A DNA stretch of 63,607 nt, counting the filler, from Parasitella parasitica NRRL 2501 (taxonomy: Eukaryota; Fungi; Mucoromycota): assembly GCA_025201805.1 (NCBI GenBank). It is 7 parts of 7 records of this genome, joined end to end, with 100 filler letters (N's around TTAATTAATTAA, not from the genome) between each part and the next. Parts side by side here need not be neighbours in the genome. Positions count along the whole stretch, not along the records: positions 46,184 to 53,842 come from MU619482.1; positions 53,943 to 55,241 come from MU619477.1; positions 55,342 to 57,033 come from MU619613.1; positions 57,134 to 62,269 come from MU619261.1; positions 62,370 to 63,607 come from MU619659.1; 2 more parts are not named here. One strand, 5' to 3'. This document shows positions 52,358 to 63,607 of the stretch, piece by piece (within the stretch, counting starts at the first letter, position 1; each line of letters opens with the position of its first letter). The notes under the pieces are model-generated. The model was given only the letters and a program-made list of their open reading frames with translations, was not told the DNA's origin and made no database searches. A program made the position numbers and the translations under genes.

Positions 52358-53842
52358 TGATGTGTCAATTTCCCAACCGGAAGTCAAACTCAAGTAAACT
52401 CAATCCTGAACACAATTCAGGAACATATCCCAATGGATCATGTTCCTTATTTATAACTCAACATGACATGTTCATGGATAATAGATACGATCTATCGTTC
52501 CATTCTCTAAATCACACCATGTCTCACACTTGTATCTTATCCTCCCATCAGTCCANNNNNNNNNNNNNNNNNNNNNNNNNNNNNNNNNNNNNNNNNNNNN
52601 NNNNNNNNNNNNNNNNNNNNNNNNNNNNNNNNNNNNNNNNNNNNNNNNNNNNNNNNNNNNNNNNNNNNNNNNNNNNNNNNNNNNNNNNNNNNNNNNNNNN
52701 NNNNNNNNNNNNNNNNNNNNNNNNNNNNNNNNNNNNNNNNNNNNNNNNNNNNNNNNNNNNNNNNNNNNNNNNNNNNNNNNNNNNNNNNNNNNNNNNNNNN
52801 NNNNNNNNNNNNNNNNNNNNNNNNNNNNNNNNNNNNNNNNNNNNNNNNNNNNNNNNNNNNNNNNNNNNNNNNNNNNNNNNNNNNNNNNNNNNNNNNNNNN
52901 NNNNNNNNNNNNNNNNNNNNNNNNNNNNNNNNNNNNNNNNNNNNNNNNNNNNNNNNNNNNNNNNNNNNNNNNNNNNNNNNNNNNNNNNNNNNNNNNNNNN
53001 NNNNNNNNNNNNNNNNNNNNNNNNNNNNNNNNNNNNNNNNNNNNNNNNNNNNNNNNNNNNNNNNNNNNNNNNNNNNNNNNNNNNNNNNNNNNNNNNNNNN
53101 NNNNNNNNNNNNNNNNNNNNNNNNNNNNNNNNNNNNNNNNNNNNNNNNNNNNNNNNNNNNNNNNNNNNNNNNNNNNNNNNNNNNNNNNNNNNNNNNNNNN
53201 NNNNNNNNNNNNNNNNNNNNNNNNNNNNNNNNNNNNNNNNNNNNNNNNNNNNNNNNNNNNNNNNNNNNNNNNNNNNNNNNNNNNNNNNNNNNNNNNNNNN
53301 NNNNNNNNNNNNNNNNNNNNNNNNNNNNNNNNNNNNNNNNNNNNNNNNNNNNNNNNNNNNNNNNNNNNNNNNNNNNNNNNNNNNNNNNNNNNNNNNNNNN
53401 CACCCTATTTTCAGTGGAAGGGCCACCACTTTAACAAACGTAGACCCACATTTGCCACTCCAAATGACTGTTTGGATCACTTTGAGTTAGTATTGAACTC
53501 GCATCGTCTCCCCATTGAAGAAAATTGGGCAAGAATTGTACCTGCCAAGTTATCAACTGGTATGGCTAGGTGGTATGCCAATCTTATCGCTAGACAGGAA
53601 CGTTTGTCTTGGTCGCAATTTCGAAACGCGTTGATCAACAAGTACGGAAAATCGATTGTCGACATGCGTGATGAGGCTCGCGAACAGCTTGAACAACTGT
53701 TGTATCAACACAGTCAGCCGTTCGATAAATTCATTGAAAGATTCCAACAGTTAAGGCATCAGGCAGAGATTCAAGACGAGGACTGCATCGTCAGATATTT
53801 GATCAAGTCTTTGCCAGAGGAACTTGCTGATCATACCCGCTT
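52358..53842 (+). mobile_element. Ty3/gypsy LTR retrotransposon fragment (possible LTR start plus gag)
   Basis: hAT similarity stops at a TG (52358), a possible LTR start. After an 845-N gap, 53401-53842 encodes a capsid-like gag (ARWY...LSWSQFRNALINKYG...FIERFQQL...YLIKSLPEEL). Confidence 0.75.
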
Positions 53843-56800
53843 NNNNNNNNNNNNNNNNNNNNNNNNNNNNNNNNNNNNNNNNNNNNTTAATTAATTAANN
53901 NNNNNNNNNNNNNNNNNNNNNNNNNNNNNNNNNNNNNNNNNNAACAACTATTTTCAATTAAAGAGCAAAGTATAATTCTAATAGGTACCTTGCGTATGTC
54001 TCCATATGAATCGATAGCTGATATACGGCATAATACGGGCTAAAAAACCATTTTTATATACCTTTATTTTTGGATGAAATAAACACCACCAAATCTGAAA
54101 TCTTACCTCTTTTCCTGCTTAAAGACATAACTTGCAATTACTGATGTCTTTACAAACTATCCAGCGATGGAGACACAATTTTCAGCCAAAATATTTTTCG
54201 TTTGAACTATTCTATAATAATATATTCAATTCTCAAACATTTCTGACCATGATTCGGATTCTGCGATGTTTGGAGACCCTAAACCTCATATTCGATTTTC
54301 AATTTTCAACTTTGGGTCAATCTTTAAGGTCATTTGTAGGTACGATTTTGGGGTCCAAGGCAAGTATACATCCAAGTACTAGTACAATAACTGTACGTCA
54401 CTACGCTCTCTGAATCCCAATATCTATCTTAGTTGTCGAGATACTGCCAAAACAAGATTTCGCAGATATATTTTATAGCAAGCTATACGGATAATGATTA
54501 AGCAAGATTTGGCTTTGGTATACAGTAAATAGAGATATTATTCGGAAAGTTTTTATCACGTTAAAATAACACATTTACACAACATTTTGCTCTGCGCTTT
54601 ACTGTATATGGGGAAAACGAAGATGATTTTCCATATTTAAAGAGAACACAATCCAAATTATACGGGAAAAGATTTTCTCTTAAAAAAGATCATATATATA
54701 ATCACAAGCAACGCTAGCTTTGTCAAATCAGGATCACGAACAACTCGATCTATCAATAGGAGAAGAAAGCGTTTGGTATTATGTAGTAAAAAAAAAGTCT
54801 TTTTGTGATGATTAGAGACATATTTTGTTGTTTTTGCTCCACTCGATTTAATAATGAACTGTGTCGGTTTTCGCCTATTAATTGAAGGTTGAATCTCATC
54901 TCAATTCCAATATTGACACTGACATTCAAATGGAATTGTATAAAGATTTTTAGATAATAGGACCAGAGCAATCCTGGCTTCCTTTTCAATCTTTAATAAA
55001 GACCCTACGTTCTCCGTGATATAATCGCTTGTAGTCTCTTTATTTAATTGTCTTTGGAAATAATCGTTATTCATATAAGTCTCAAAATGAACAAATATTC
55101 GGTTAATAAAGTGTGTAAAAAGACACTAGTAAAAAAACCTAGAGCATACTGCACATTAACTACATTATTAGATTTAGAAAGAAGTATGTCATACATCCAC
55201 AATCTTTGTTCCTACTACAATAAATAAAGTATGAGAAATCGNNNNNNNNNNNNNNNNNNNNNNNNNNNNNNNNNNNNNNNNNNNNTTAATTAATTAANNN
55301 NNNNNNNNNNNNNNNNNNNNNNNNNNNNNNNNNNNNNNNNNTAGAAGGACGCAAAAAAATAAGATGTTGGCTGAAGGTTGTGTCTTTATCGCTTACTAGT
55401 TTGTAAAGATATCAGAGATTGTAGATTATGCCTTTAAGCGGGGAAAAAGGTGATGGTCATGATTAGGTGGCATTTATTTTAAGCTAAACATAAAGCTACA
55501 TAGAAATAGCTTTTATATTCATATTTTACCGCATCTTGGGTACCGATTCATGTAAAGACATAACCAGATTGTCTATGGAGTTCATGCTTTGCTCCTCAAT
55601 TGAAATAGATGTTTCAATGCTATAAAGAGCTGTATTCGCAGTTGTATATTCAAGCTCAGAAATATATTTTTTTCTATTGCAATTTGCGCACATCCCTAAT
55701 TTTGATTGCTTAATATCTCAAAAAATAGTATTGGAATGTGTTCTCTTTAAAATCATCTCCGTTTTACCAATATAATGCGCACCACTATGGCCTCGCCAAT
55801 GTTCTCATGAGAATGTAGATGTGCATGCACCGGAACATTTTTTAGAGCCAAAAAAAGTGCTTATCGAGCTAGGTTAAGGCGATATATGTGCTCATGCGAG
55901 AACAAAAATTAAAACCTCTTAAATGATCACATTTTTATGCTCAAATGAGCACATAAATTACTAGTTTTATAGGCTTGAAATTACGCTCAAAATGCTTGAA
56001 AAAATGTGCCCGTACACTCAAAAAAATGTGCTCAAAAAAGTAAAATTTGCGTAAAAAAATGTAGCTTTAGCTTTTGTTTATTTCTCAATTTTTGTAGTAT
56101 GGTCCAGTAATTTATTATCGCTTTGATTTCATATCGTCACATACAGTATTATCTTGATTATGTAGCCTTTGATTGACACAGGCAATGATGGAAAACAGTG
56201 CAAGATTATCTAATACCTGATTTGAAATTGAAGCAGCTACTGAGGTATTTGCTATATAAAAGAAAAGCGCAGCAGTAAAATAAATTTTGTTGACGACAAT
56301 AACAAATAACTATCAACATTAATTGCGAAAAGAGATGATACACTATATTATATCTAATACTCGAAAAAAGAAGCAAGGAGGCAGCCTTGCGATAAAAAAA
56401 TATTATAAAAAAGCGGAAAGGATATACAATTATAACTCTTCGATATTTATTCAAAGTTAAAAGATGTAAGCCAAGATCCATCCAATTGAAAGATCTTGGA
56501 TGTATTTATATAAAATATAATCTGTATATTTCATGTTACTAATGCAGTAACTGGATTGTCTCCAATTTAGGCTTCATGGGAAAGCAGTAACGATTGTGGT
56601 TTATAAGGAGTACAAAGGTGTACAATTGTCTTTATATGTTGAATGTTAATGATGATATTTGTCATGTTCAATGTTGTTCTTAAGGACACGATTCTTAATA
56701 AAAAAAATATCTTACTAATTCAAATAAGATGTGTGAAAGACTGCCAGTAGTTCACATCAAGCCTCTTGAAAAAAATTAGCAAGGTTTAGCTTCATACATA

Positions 56801-57367
56801 ATATTATCTTTAGCTATTGCCTATATTCAGCAGTAAAAGAAGTCAGTCATTTAGTTGCTACAAACAATTTATTGCACATAGCAATACCATGTCCTCAGAT
56901 AAAAGATTGAACTGAGTTGAGCCTCTATATATTATTAACAAAAGGGGTAATAGTTTGTTAGAATAAACTCGAATACATACTGTTGGATCAAAAAAATAAT
57001 AAAAAAACCAAAGGTTAACGAGATACGAAAACTNNNNNNNNNNNNNNNNNNNNNNNNNNNNNNNNNNNNNNNNNNNNTTAATTAATTAANNNNNNNNNNN
57101 NNNNNNNNNNNNNNNNNNNNNNNNNNNNNNNNNCCCAAATAACTCGGGTTATAAGCTAAGTCGCCATATCGGAGGTGGAAACTTTGTCGACTTTTGTCGA
57201 CTTTTGGCGACTTTGAAAATTTATAATTCCATATATATCTGAAGTGAGACGTTCCTAGCATTTAACATCAGATTCAGGAACGTAGCTTCCATTGGCTCAA
57301 GCTATAATCACGTGCAAATAATTTGGTATTATGACAAAAACAATTTAAATTTGTAATTTGATATGTG

Positions 57368-57439
57368 GGACTAATGGTGTAGTGGTATCATTCACGCTTT
57401 GGGTGCGTGAGGTCCCGGGTTCAAACCCCGGTTGGTCCC
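57368..57439 (+). tRNA. tRNA-Pro (anticodon TGG), intronless
   Basis: Acceptor stem GGACTAA/TTGGTCC, anticodon arm CACGC-TTTGGGT-GCGTG, T arm CCGGG-TTCAAAC-CCCGG, then a T-run Pol III terminator. Confidence 0.97.
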
Positions 57440-59051
57440 TCTTTTTAATTAATTTGAATTTACGTTAGACGTTTTTATTCACTTCAATTTTTGTATTCTT
57501 GATAATGTCGTGTGTAGATATATATATGTTCTAGAGTAAATTTTTAGGGAAGTATGTAAAATGTTATATATGAGATAAAAGATACCTTTATTATTTTAAG
57601 ATACATTTAATATTTATACTAATTAAAAGATTAGACACAAAGTTTGTGAGCAACTGACAATAAGTGTATATAAAATATAAATTAAGAGATGAAAGAAAGA
57701 TGATATTTATAATAACTAAAAGTGTTACGCATGAAGTATATGTGTACCTGACAGAGTAAGAGATAGAAGATGACCTTTATTATTTTGAACTTCATTTGAT
57801 ATGTACAGTAGTAAAAAATAGTGCGCCAACTTTTCTTTTTAATCTATTATTTCAAATTCATAACAAGGTACTACTAGTCTTGATCCAGATAGATAGTAAT
57901 AAGTAATCAACAATGGCTTCTGTTTGTCTTTTTTTTTTCATTCATTAACTTTGTACTATTGAAAATCAACTTTATGATGACAGCTTGAAATAATTTTTCA
58001 TTATTTCCAGACGGCAAGCAATCAACATCTCTTTTTTGTTATTAGAAGAACTATATGCTAGTAAAAAAAATACTACAAATCTATCTCACAACTATAAAAC
58101 CTTGTTAAATGACTATTCAAGTTTTTTATAATTCATTCGATGTAAGAAGAACTCTTTGGAGACAAGCACTATAAACTTATATGACTGGTAGAAAAGGGGT
58201 GGTGGTGCTTAAACTCGAAATCCATTAATATAATTAATTTCGACATGAATATAGCAATATGTAAACTAAATTGAGCATATGAAATGAATTATTGGAACCC
58301 TGTCTCCTAGTAATACTTTTTTTTAGGAGAGAAATTCAGTTTTCTAGATTTCTAAAGCAGTTGTTATTAACGCATCAAAGGTAATATGCTTCTGAGAGCT
58401 TATGAATAATACTACAAGTTAAAAAAAAACTGTGATTTTCGACTGAAGTGTCCTACTTCTTTCATCGCCCCTTTTGTCAAGGCATATCAATAGATACAGG
58501 GTTTCTTCTGAAAACTTGATCTTCATCACACACTATCAAATGTCGGCTGAAAATCAGACATTGACGTAAGAGCATGTGAAGTTCCAGCTTTGTAAAGCAT
58601 AACTGAAGGAAAGCTCAATGGAAATCGCTTGATTAAGATGTGTGGCAGTTTCAGTAAGACCTGTTCCAATCCAAAAGGGGATAGTTGTTTATTTCATGAT
58701 TGTTCATATAAAATACAGGATGCTTCAAGATTATTGATAGTTATCATTTTATGATTATTGATTAAAAACAAAAGTTTAAAAGTCAAAGATGTATTTAAAA
58801 TAAACTTTTAATATTGCAGAATACATGAATATTAGAGTTTCAAGCTGGTTCATGCAGTGAATTTGTACCAGCTGAATTCTGGCTTAAAATAGGAAGGGAT
58901 GCAAGTCAGATGAGTTTGGGTTTTTGTGATGGTATGTACAATAAGCAACTCATTTATTTCTTATAAAATATGTAATAAAAAGAAGTTGGTGGTGTTGGTG
59001 TTGAGTTAATAATATAACCTAATTAAAGCGATTGCTGCATATTTGCTCTAT

Positions 59052-59970
59052 TTACACGTTAACGGAAGTGTATTGAGATGGCTCTTGTTGGGTATGCTCC
59101 TTATGATTATCGGCATTAACCAAATTTTGATTTTGAGCATTTCGGAGCAAGGCTTCTTCCTGGGATTCTTCAGTAGCAACCTTGACCAACAAATAAATAC
59201 CAACGGCAAAGATGCCACCAATCAGAGGACCAAACCAAAAGATCCAGTGATTAGCCCACTTGCCAGTAACAATGGAAGAAGCAAATGAACGAGCAGGGTT
59301 GATGGAAGTACCATCAATAGGAGAACCGATCATATGACAGATAAATACAGCGCTACCAACAACAAAAGGAGCAAAGTCGGCCAGCAAATGCTTATCAACT
59401 ATAATGAACAAAACTGTCAAACACAATATGCATGTCAACAAGCATTCTGCAAAGAAGCCTTGTGCATAATTAAAACCAGGATTTAGTAAATTGACGCCTT
59501 GGAGTTCGTGAGCAGTGACAAAGTTGGCAAAATAAGCGCCCACGATGGCACCACCCATTTCGGCAACAAAGAAAAAGACTCCGCGGAGCCAATTGATGTT
59601 GCCTGTCATCATCAAACTTAATAAGACAGCAGGATTCAAGATACCACCAGATATAGGACCGCAAATAAAAAGAGAAACAGTGATGCCAACACCAAAACTG
59701 AAAGCAATGCTTTGGATTTGACTAAATACCATTGTGTTAGGTAACTCCTTATACAAACCACACGGACTAGTTTACTTACGTAGCGGTAGGCCCTGTAGCG
59801 GCGCCCACACTTTGAAAGGTAGGCGCTTCAAGAGCACCTTGCACGCCAGATAATGCCAAAAAAATGAAGATGGCCATGCCAACAAATTCACCAATTGAGG
59901 CCTTGAGATCGGTGTGGAGATTTGGAGGAGAGCCCTTGTTACACCCAAAAATATCGTTGACAGGTCTCAT
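59052..59970 (-). CDS. Aquaporin (MIP family)
   Basis: GEFVGM, SGGILNPAV, AECLLT, GTSINPARSF and HWIFWFGP; intron 59722-59779. Confidence 0.95.
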
Positions 59971-61933
59971 TCTTATAAATGTGTATAAGCTATGTGCGAT
60001 AAAAAAAAAAGACACAGTAATTTTCAACAGCCTTTTATATTTATCAAACTTATAAAAAAAAAAAAAAAAAAGAAGGTTTTGGATTTTGAAGTCCATTTTG
60101 ATGCCATATTTGATAACGCCAAAACCTTTTACTTTAGCAAATTCTTTATAGCATGATCAATAACGTTACTGTATCTATAATTCTGTCGTTAATTGCCCAG
60201 CACTATACCTTTTACTGATCATCTACAAGATAATAAAATGGCACAAATATCGTATAAACAAATGGACAGATGAATAGTTCGGACACAAGTTTCATATTTC
60301 ATCGGCGTAAACACCAGGGCAACCTACTATATCATAATGATTATTATAATGGAGTTAGGAATTTGAATCAAAATGTTTCTGATTTTTGATCTGCCTAAAG
60401 ATGTACAAAAAAAAAAAAAAAAACTATCCTGGGTTAAATTTTGCTGCTGAAAAGCGAGTGCGATGGTGCTTTCTATATTTGATGTGACATAGTCAAGTCC
60501 TGACAATTACGATAATTTGGTGTCTAGATACCTTGTAAAATCGACGTTCATGCAATCCTTTTTATTGGGTGTTTAGAACCACAGCGAAATCATGGGTTTC
60601 TGTATATACCACATTTGCAACTTTATCTACAACAATGTGATTGAACGATAATATATAAACAAAAAAAAAACCCTCGCTAAAATCTTTATCGTGATAGGCA
60701 GAAATGAATAGGTGGCAACATTGAAATGAAACATGGCAACAGCAGAAAAAAGAAAACTTGTGGTTATTAATCAAGGTGTAACATGTTGCACAGTTTGACA
60801 TGTTGGCATGATCTGGAATGACTTGATCCATAACAAAGTACTTCACTTCATACCATGTACACATTACAGCATTCTATGACAAATAAACGCCTGCACGTGT
60901 ATTGGTTTTACTAGGTTTAGGTATTTTGTCTCTACAATGAATCAAGATTCAATAGAATTTGCTTCATTAGTTGATCTCAGCGTTTTACGTTCCATCTCAT
61001 CTTAATTATAAAAAATTTCATGTGTATCCCCGGTTTTCAAGTCCCGTGTTAAGCTGCAGGTTTTCATGCTGCGCATGAATATTTTAAACAAAAACTGGAA
61101 TATAATAAAAATACTTTAACTTTAAACTTTTGTTTATATATGCAATTTAAAACCACTGATATCATACTTTAGTCTGAATGCACACAAAACGAGATGGTTC
61201 TTTTCGAAATTAACTAGTAAAGGCTTATATGATCATTCGAATAATCTTGTCTCTAATTTATATTTTAATTGGGTCAGGTTACCATGTAAAAACAAAACTC
61301 TATTGTATTATTGTGTTTGATTCGGTGATTGATCAATACCAAAACAGATTTTAAAGATTGCAAAATCAAATACCGTCTATAATGTTATTTTTGTTTCAAC
61401 CTAGACTCTTTTAAATGTGATTCCATTTAATCAGCAATTTGTATTACATTATATTTACAGAGAGCGGGCTTAATAGGGTTTCTTCAAATACCATGATAGA
61501 AGTGCAAAATTTTCAATGTTTCGCCATCTAATAGTATAAAAGTTGTGAATCTGTATCAATTAAGAGTACCACAACTGCGTCAAATTAATATCTCAAATAT
61601 TTTTACTCAAGACAATCATCAGCCAGACGACATTAACTCTAGAAAAGGGAGAATAATCCAGGGTAAAGAAATTTCCACAAAGATCAAGAGATAAATAAGA
61701 GTAATTTATGTCTAACATACCATGCTCAATGCAAACATTATCGTCATAGAGCATAATAAAATGTATTATTGGGCACTTTTAGTCACCAATGTGCTTGTTT
61801 TTATTAATTCTGGCAGAATATATTCTTTTTAGCCGACTCTCGAGTGCTTAGAACCATACTATACAGTTTCCCAGAGTACATAGCTGCTGTCTGATGTCTT
61901 TTCATAAAAAAAACGGATATATTTTCTTGAGTA

Positions 61934-62170
61934 CAGTTGACGAAACTAGGTTGGGCCAATGAAAATAAATTTTGGTCATTTCCAAATTGAGTTGGGACAC
62001 GATTACAAAAATGGGTCACGAATACGAAAATGGGACAACAAGATGAAAGTGGGACATGAGTACGAACATGGAGACAATGTTAGTATCTTTCAGAAGAATC
62101 AGAATTGTTACAGCTTCTTACCTGCAATATCTTTAAGTTGCTGACTCACCGGAGTGAGCAGCAACAACAC
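61934..62170 (-). ncRNA. Candidate omegaRNA region of the Fanzor element
   Basis: Hairpins GTTGCTG-CTCAC-tccg-GTGAG-t-CAGCAAC (62137-62165) and TTGCAG-gtaagaag-CTGTAA (62108-62127) overlap the ORF end; the stretch up to 62139 is conserved in the 45.9-kb copy. Boundaries unknown. Confidence 0.5.
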
Positions 62171-62269
62171 ATTGGAGGTGGCGGTATGTCTTTTGAAGAC
62201 CTGGGGGCGGCCATTTCCACACCAAATTGATGTGGCAATGGTGAGCATGTTCTTCGAGGCCATGACATC
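62108..62269 (-). CDS. Fanzor (eukaryotic TnpB homologue) C-terminal fragment, RuvC-III region
   Basis: DVMASKNMLTIATSIWCGNGRPQVFKRHTATSNVLLLLTPVSQQLKDIAGKKL* matches the (WNR)DxxAxxN(M/I)...G..RP..F.R ending of Fanzor proteins. Only 53 codons are visible. Confidence 0.75.
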   Translation of the reverse strand, partial: DVMASKNMLTIATSIWCGNGRPQVFKRHTATSNVLLLLTPVSQQLKDIAGKKL

Positions 62270-62807
62270 NNNNNNNNNNNNNNNNNNNNNNNNNNNNNNN
62301 NNNNNNNNNNNNNTTAATTAATTAANNNNNNNNNNNNNNNNNNNNNNNNNNNNNNNNNNNNNNNNNNNNAAAAAAAAAAAAAAAAAAAAAATTAGACAGG
62401 ATGGCATTTGACGACCTCGGAATAAAATAGCTCAGGGTGTAGCACGATGCATGCAACTAAATTAACTGCAAGTGCACAATGACATCAACCGTTGCAACCG
62501 AGATCTCTCTCACTGTCATTTTACCATCATAATGCTTCAAAGGTTCTTGTCTGAAAAGTGAAAACATCCTTTAGCGAGATGAAATCACAAATTTGGGACG
62601 ACCATTTGACCCGAGAAAGGCAGATGGCGTACAACAAAAGCCAGCAAATCAAGGCAGGACATACGATAACTTGATCTACTCTGGAGTTCAAAAACCACTC
62701 CTTGGGCGCAAGAAACGAAACCGGAGTAGTCAAGATAAAATTTCTCTTTTTCGCTTTTTTCTTTTATCACCATATCTCTGATTTCTCGGCTTATTTCCTT
62801 GCAATAA

Positions 62808-63607
62808 ATGAGCCGCCGCAATTCAAGCACGATTGCAGTGAGTCTAGGCTCCTCTCCAAGAGACATCGACAATGGATCCATCTCAAATGTTGTAGACGAA
62901 GAAGTCCCATCACGCTCATATTACTCTTCACATCTTGCCATTGAGCCAGGAGGTATGCACTGTAACCTCGACATATCCTGACTGACCAACCAACCAACCA
63001 ACCATTATTACATTTAGATGGCGCTCGCTATTCTGCTTCTATGGAATCTATCCGTGCTCACTCACTGGCATTGGGCGATAGATACATGCAAGAATCGAGT
63101 CCTGTTAGTTCACCTCCAAACAGCGACTTAACGCCACAAGCAAACGACGCTTTAATGAGTCCGATTACGCCTGCACAGCCTAATTCGCAGTCTATATTAT
63201 CAACTCTATTGAAAAACGACAAGGGTGAGCGAGAACCTCTCTTGGAGAGACATCACTTGCGCAAGAAATCCAAAGATTATTTATCAACGCACGATCATGA
63301 CAGCTTACCTAATATTGACCCTGAATCTGCATATGCTATACCACCATCGACCATACAGCAGCAACCAGATAACCCGCATTATGCATCAAATCGACAAAAT
63401 AAGGCATTTCGTCCTACCTGGAAACAAATAATTGACCCTAACAACTGGGCAAAGTACTTGACACAGCCTGTCAGCTATATACCTGCAGTCATTCTAGGTT
63501 TATTGTTGAATCTATTGGACGCCATTTCATATGGTATGATTACTTTTCCATTGAACAATCCAATTTTCGCTTCATTTGGACCAGACGGTATATCCATGTT
63601 CTTTGTA
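62808..63607 (+). CDS. SulP/SLC26-related transporter, Vsb1 (YGR125W)-like; 5' part only
   Basis: ATG at 62808, intron 62953-63017, frame open to the window edge with YIPAVILGLLLNLLDAISYGMITFP...GPDGISMFFV. Confidence 0.85.

Larger units (their letters stand above)
61934..62269 (-). mobile_element. 3' end of a TA-flanked DNA element carrying a Fanzor/TnpB-like gene
   Basis: Terminus CAGTTGACGAAACTAGGTTGG after TA (61932-61933), about 19-nt-spaced AAA(A/G)TGGGACA subterminal repeats, then a coding fragment; truncated by the gap at 62270. Confidence 0.8.

Noticed and set aside
52357-53490. Long ORFs made mostly of X
   Set aside because: Translation through an N gap; only the gag fragment at 53401-53842 is real.
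61990-62075. Short repeats at regular 19-nt spacing that resemble a mini-CRISPR
   Set aside because: Units are about 11 nt with 8-nt spacers, sit beside a transposon terminus and have no cas genes; better explained as subterminal repeats.

Overview
Eukaryotic, AT-rich fungal genomic DNA with short (about 50-70 nt) GT-AG introns. The gene set and repeats look like Mucorales (inference). About 1-36.5 kb is gene-dense: a secreted HEXXH protein, an AVT-type amino-acid transporter, two tandem Stf2/Tma10-like genes, Vma22/CCDC115, Shr3, a FUSC/ArAE-like membrane protein, a PFK-2/FBPase-2-like protein, a 10-repeat Myb protein, a dysbindin-like protein, EAF1, a NagD-like HAD phosphatase and an LtrA-family protein. 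About 36.5-57.3 kb has no host genes and is a nest of mobile elements: a DD34E Tc1-like transposon, an intron-containing serine-recombinase-like gene split by a 5'-truncated L1-type LINE, a near full-length L1-type LINE, and hAT and Ty3/gypsy fragments. The window ends with tRNA-Pro(TGG), an aquaporin and the 5' part of a Vsb1-like SulP transporter. The most striking signal is absent from the ORF track. At 62108-62269 (- strand) is the C-terminus of a Fanzor/TnpB-like nuclease (DVMASKNM...GNGRPQVFKR), followed by a hairpin-rich 174-nt tail that ends in a TA-flanked terminal repeat. The same terminus occurs at two other places in the window. Most of that element is lost in an assembly gap. Exon boundaries were read by eye and all family calls come from motif recognition, not database searches.
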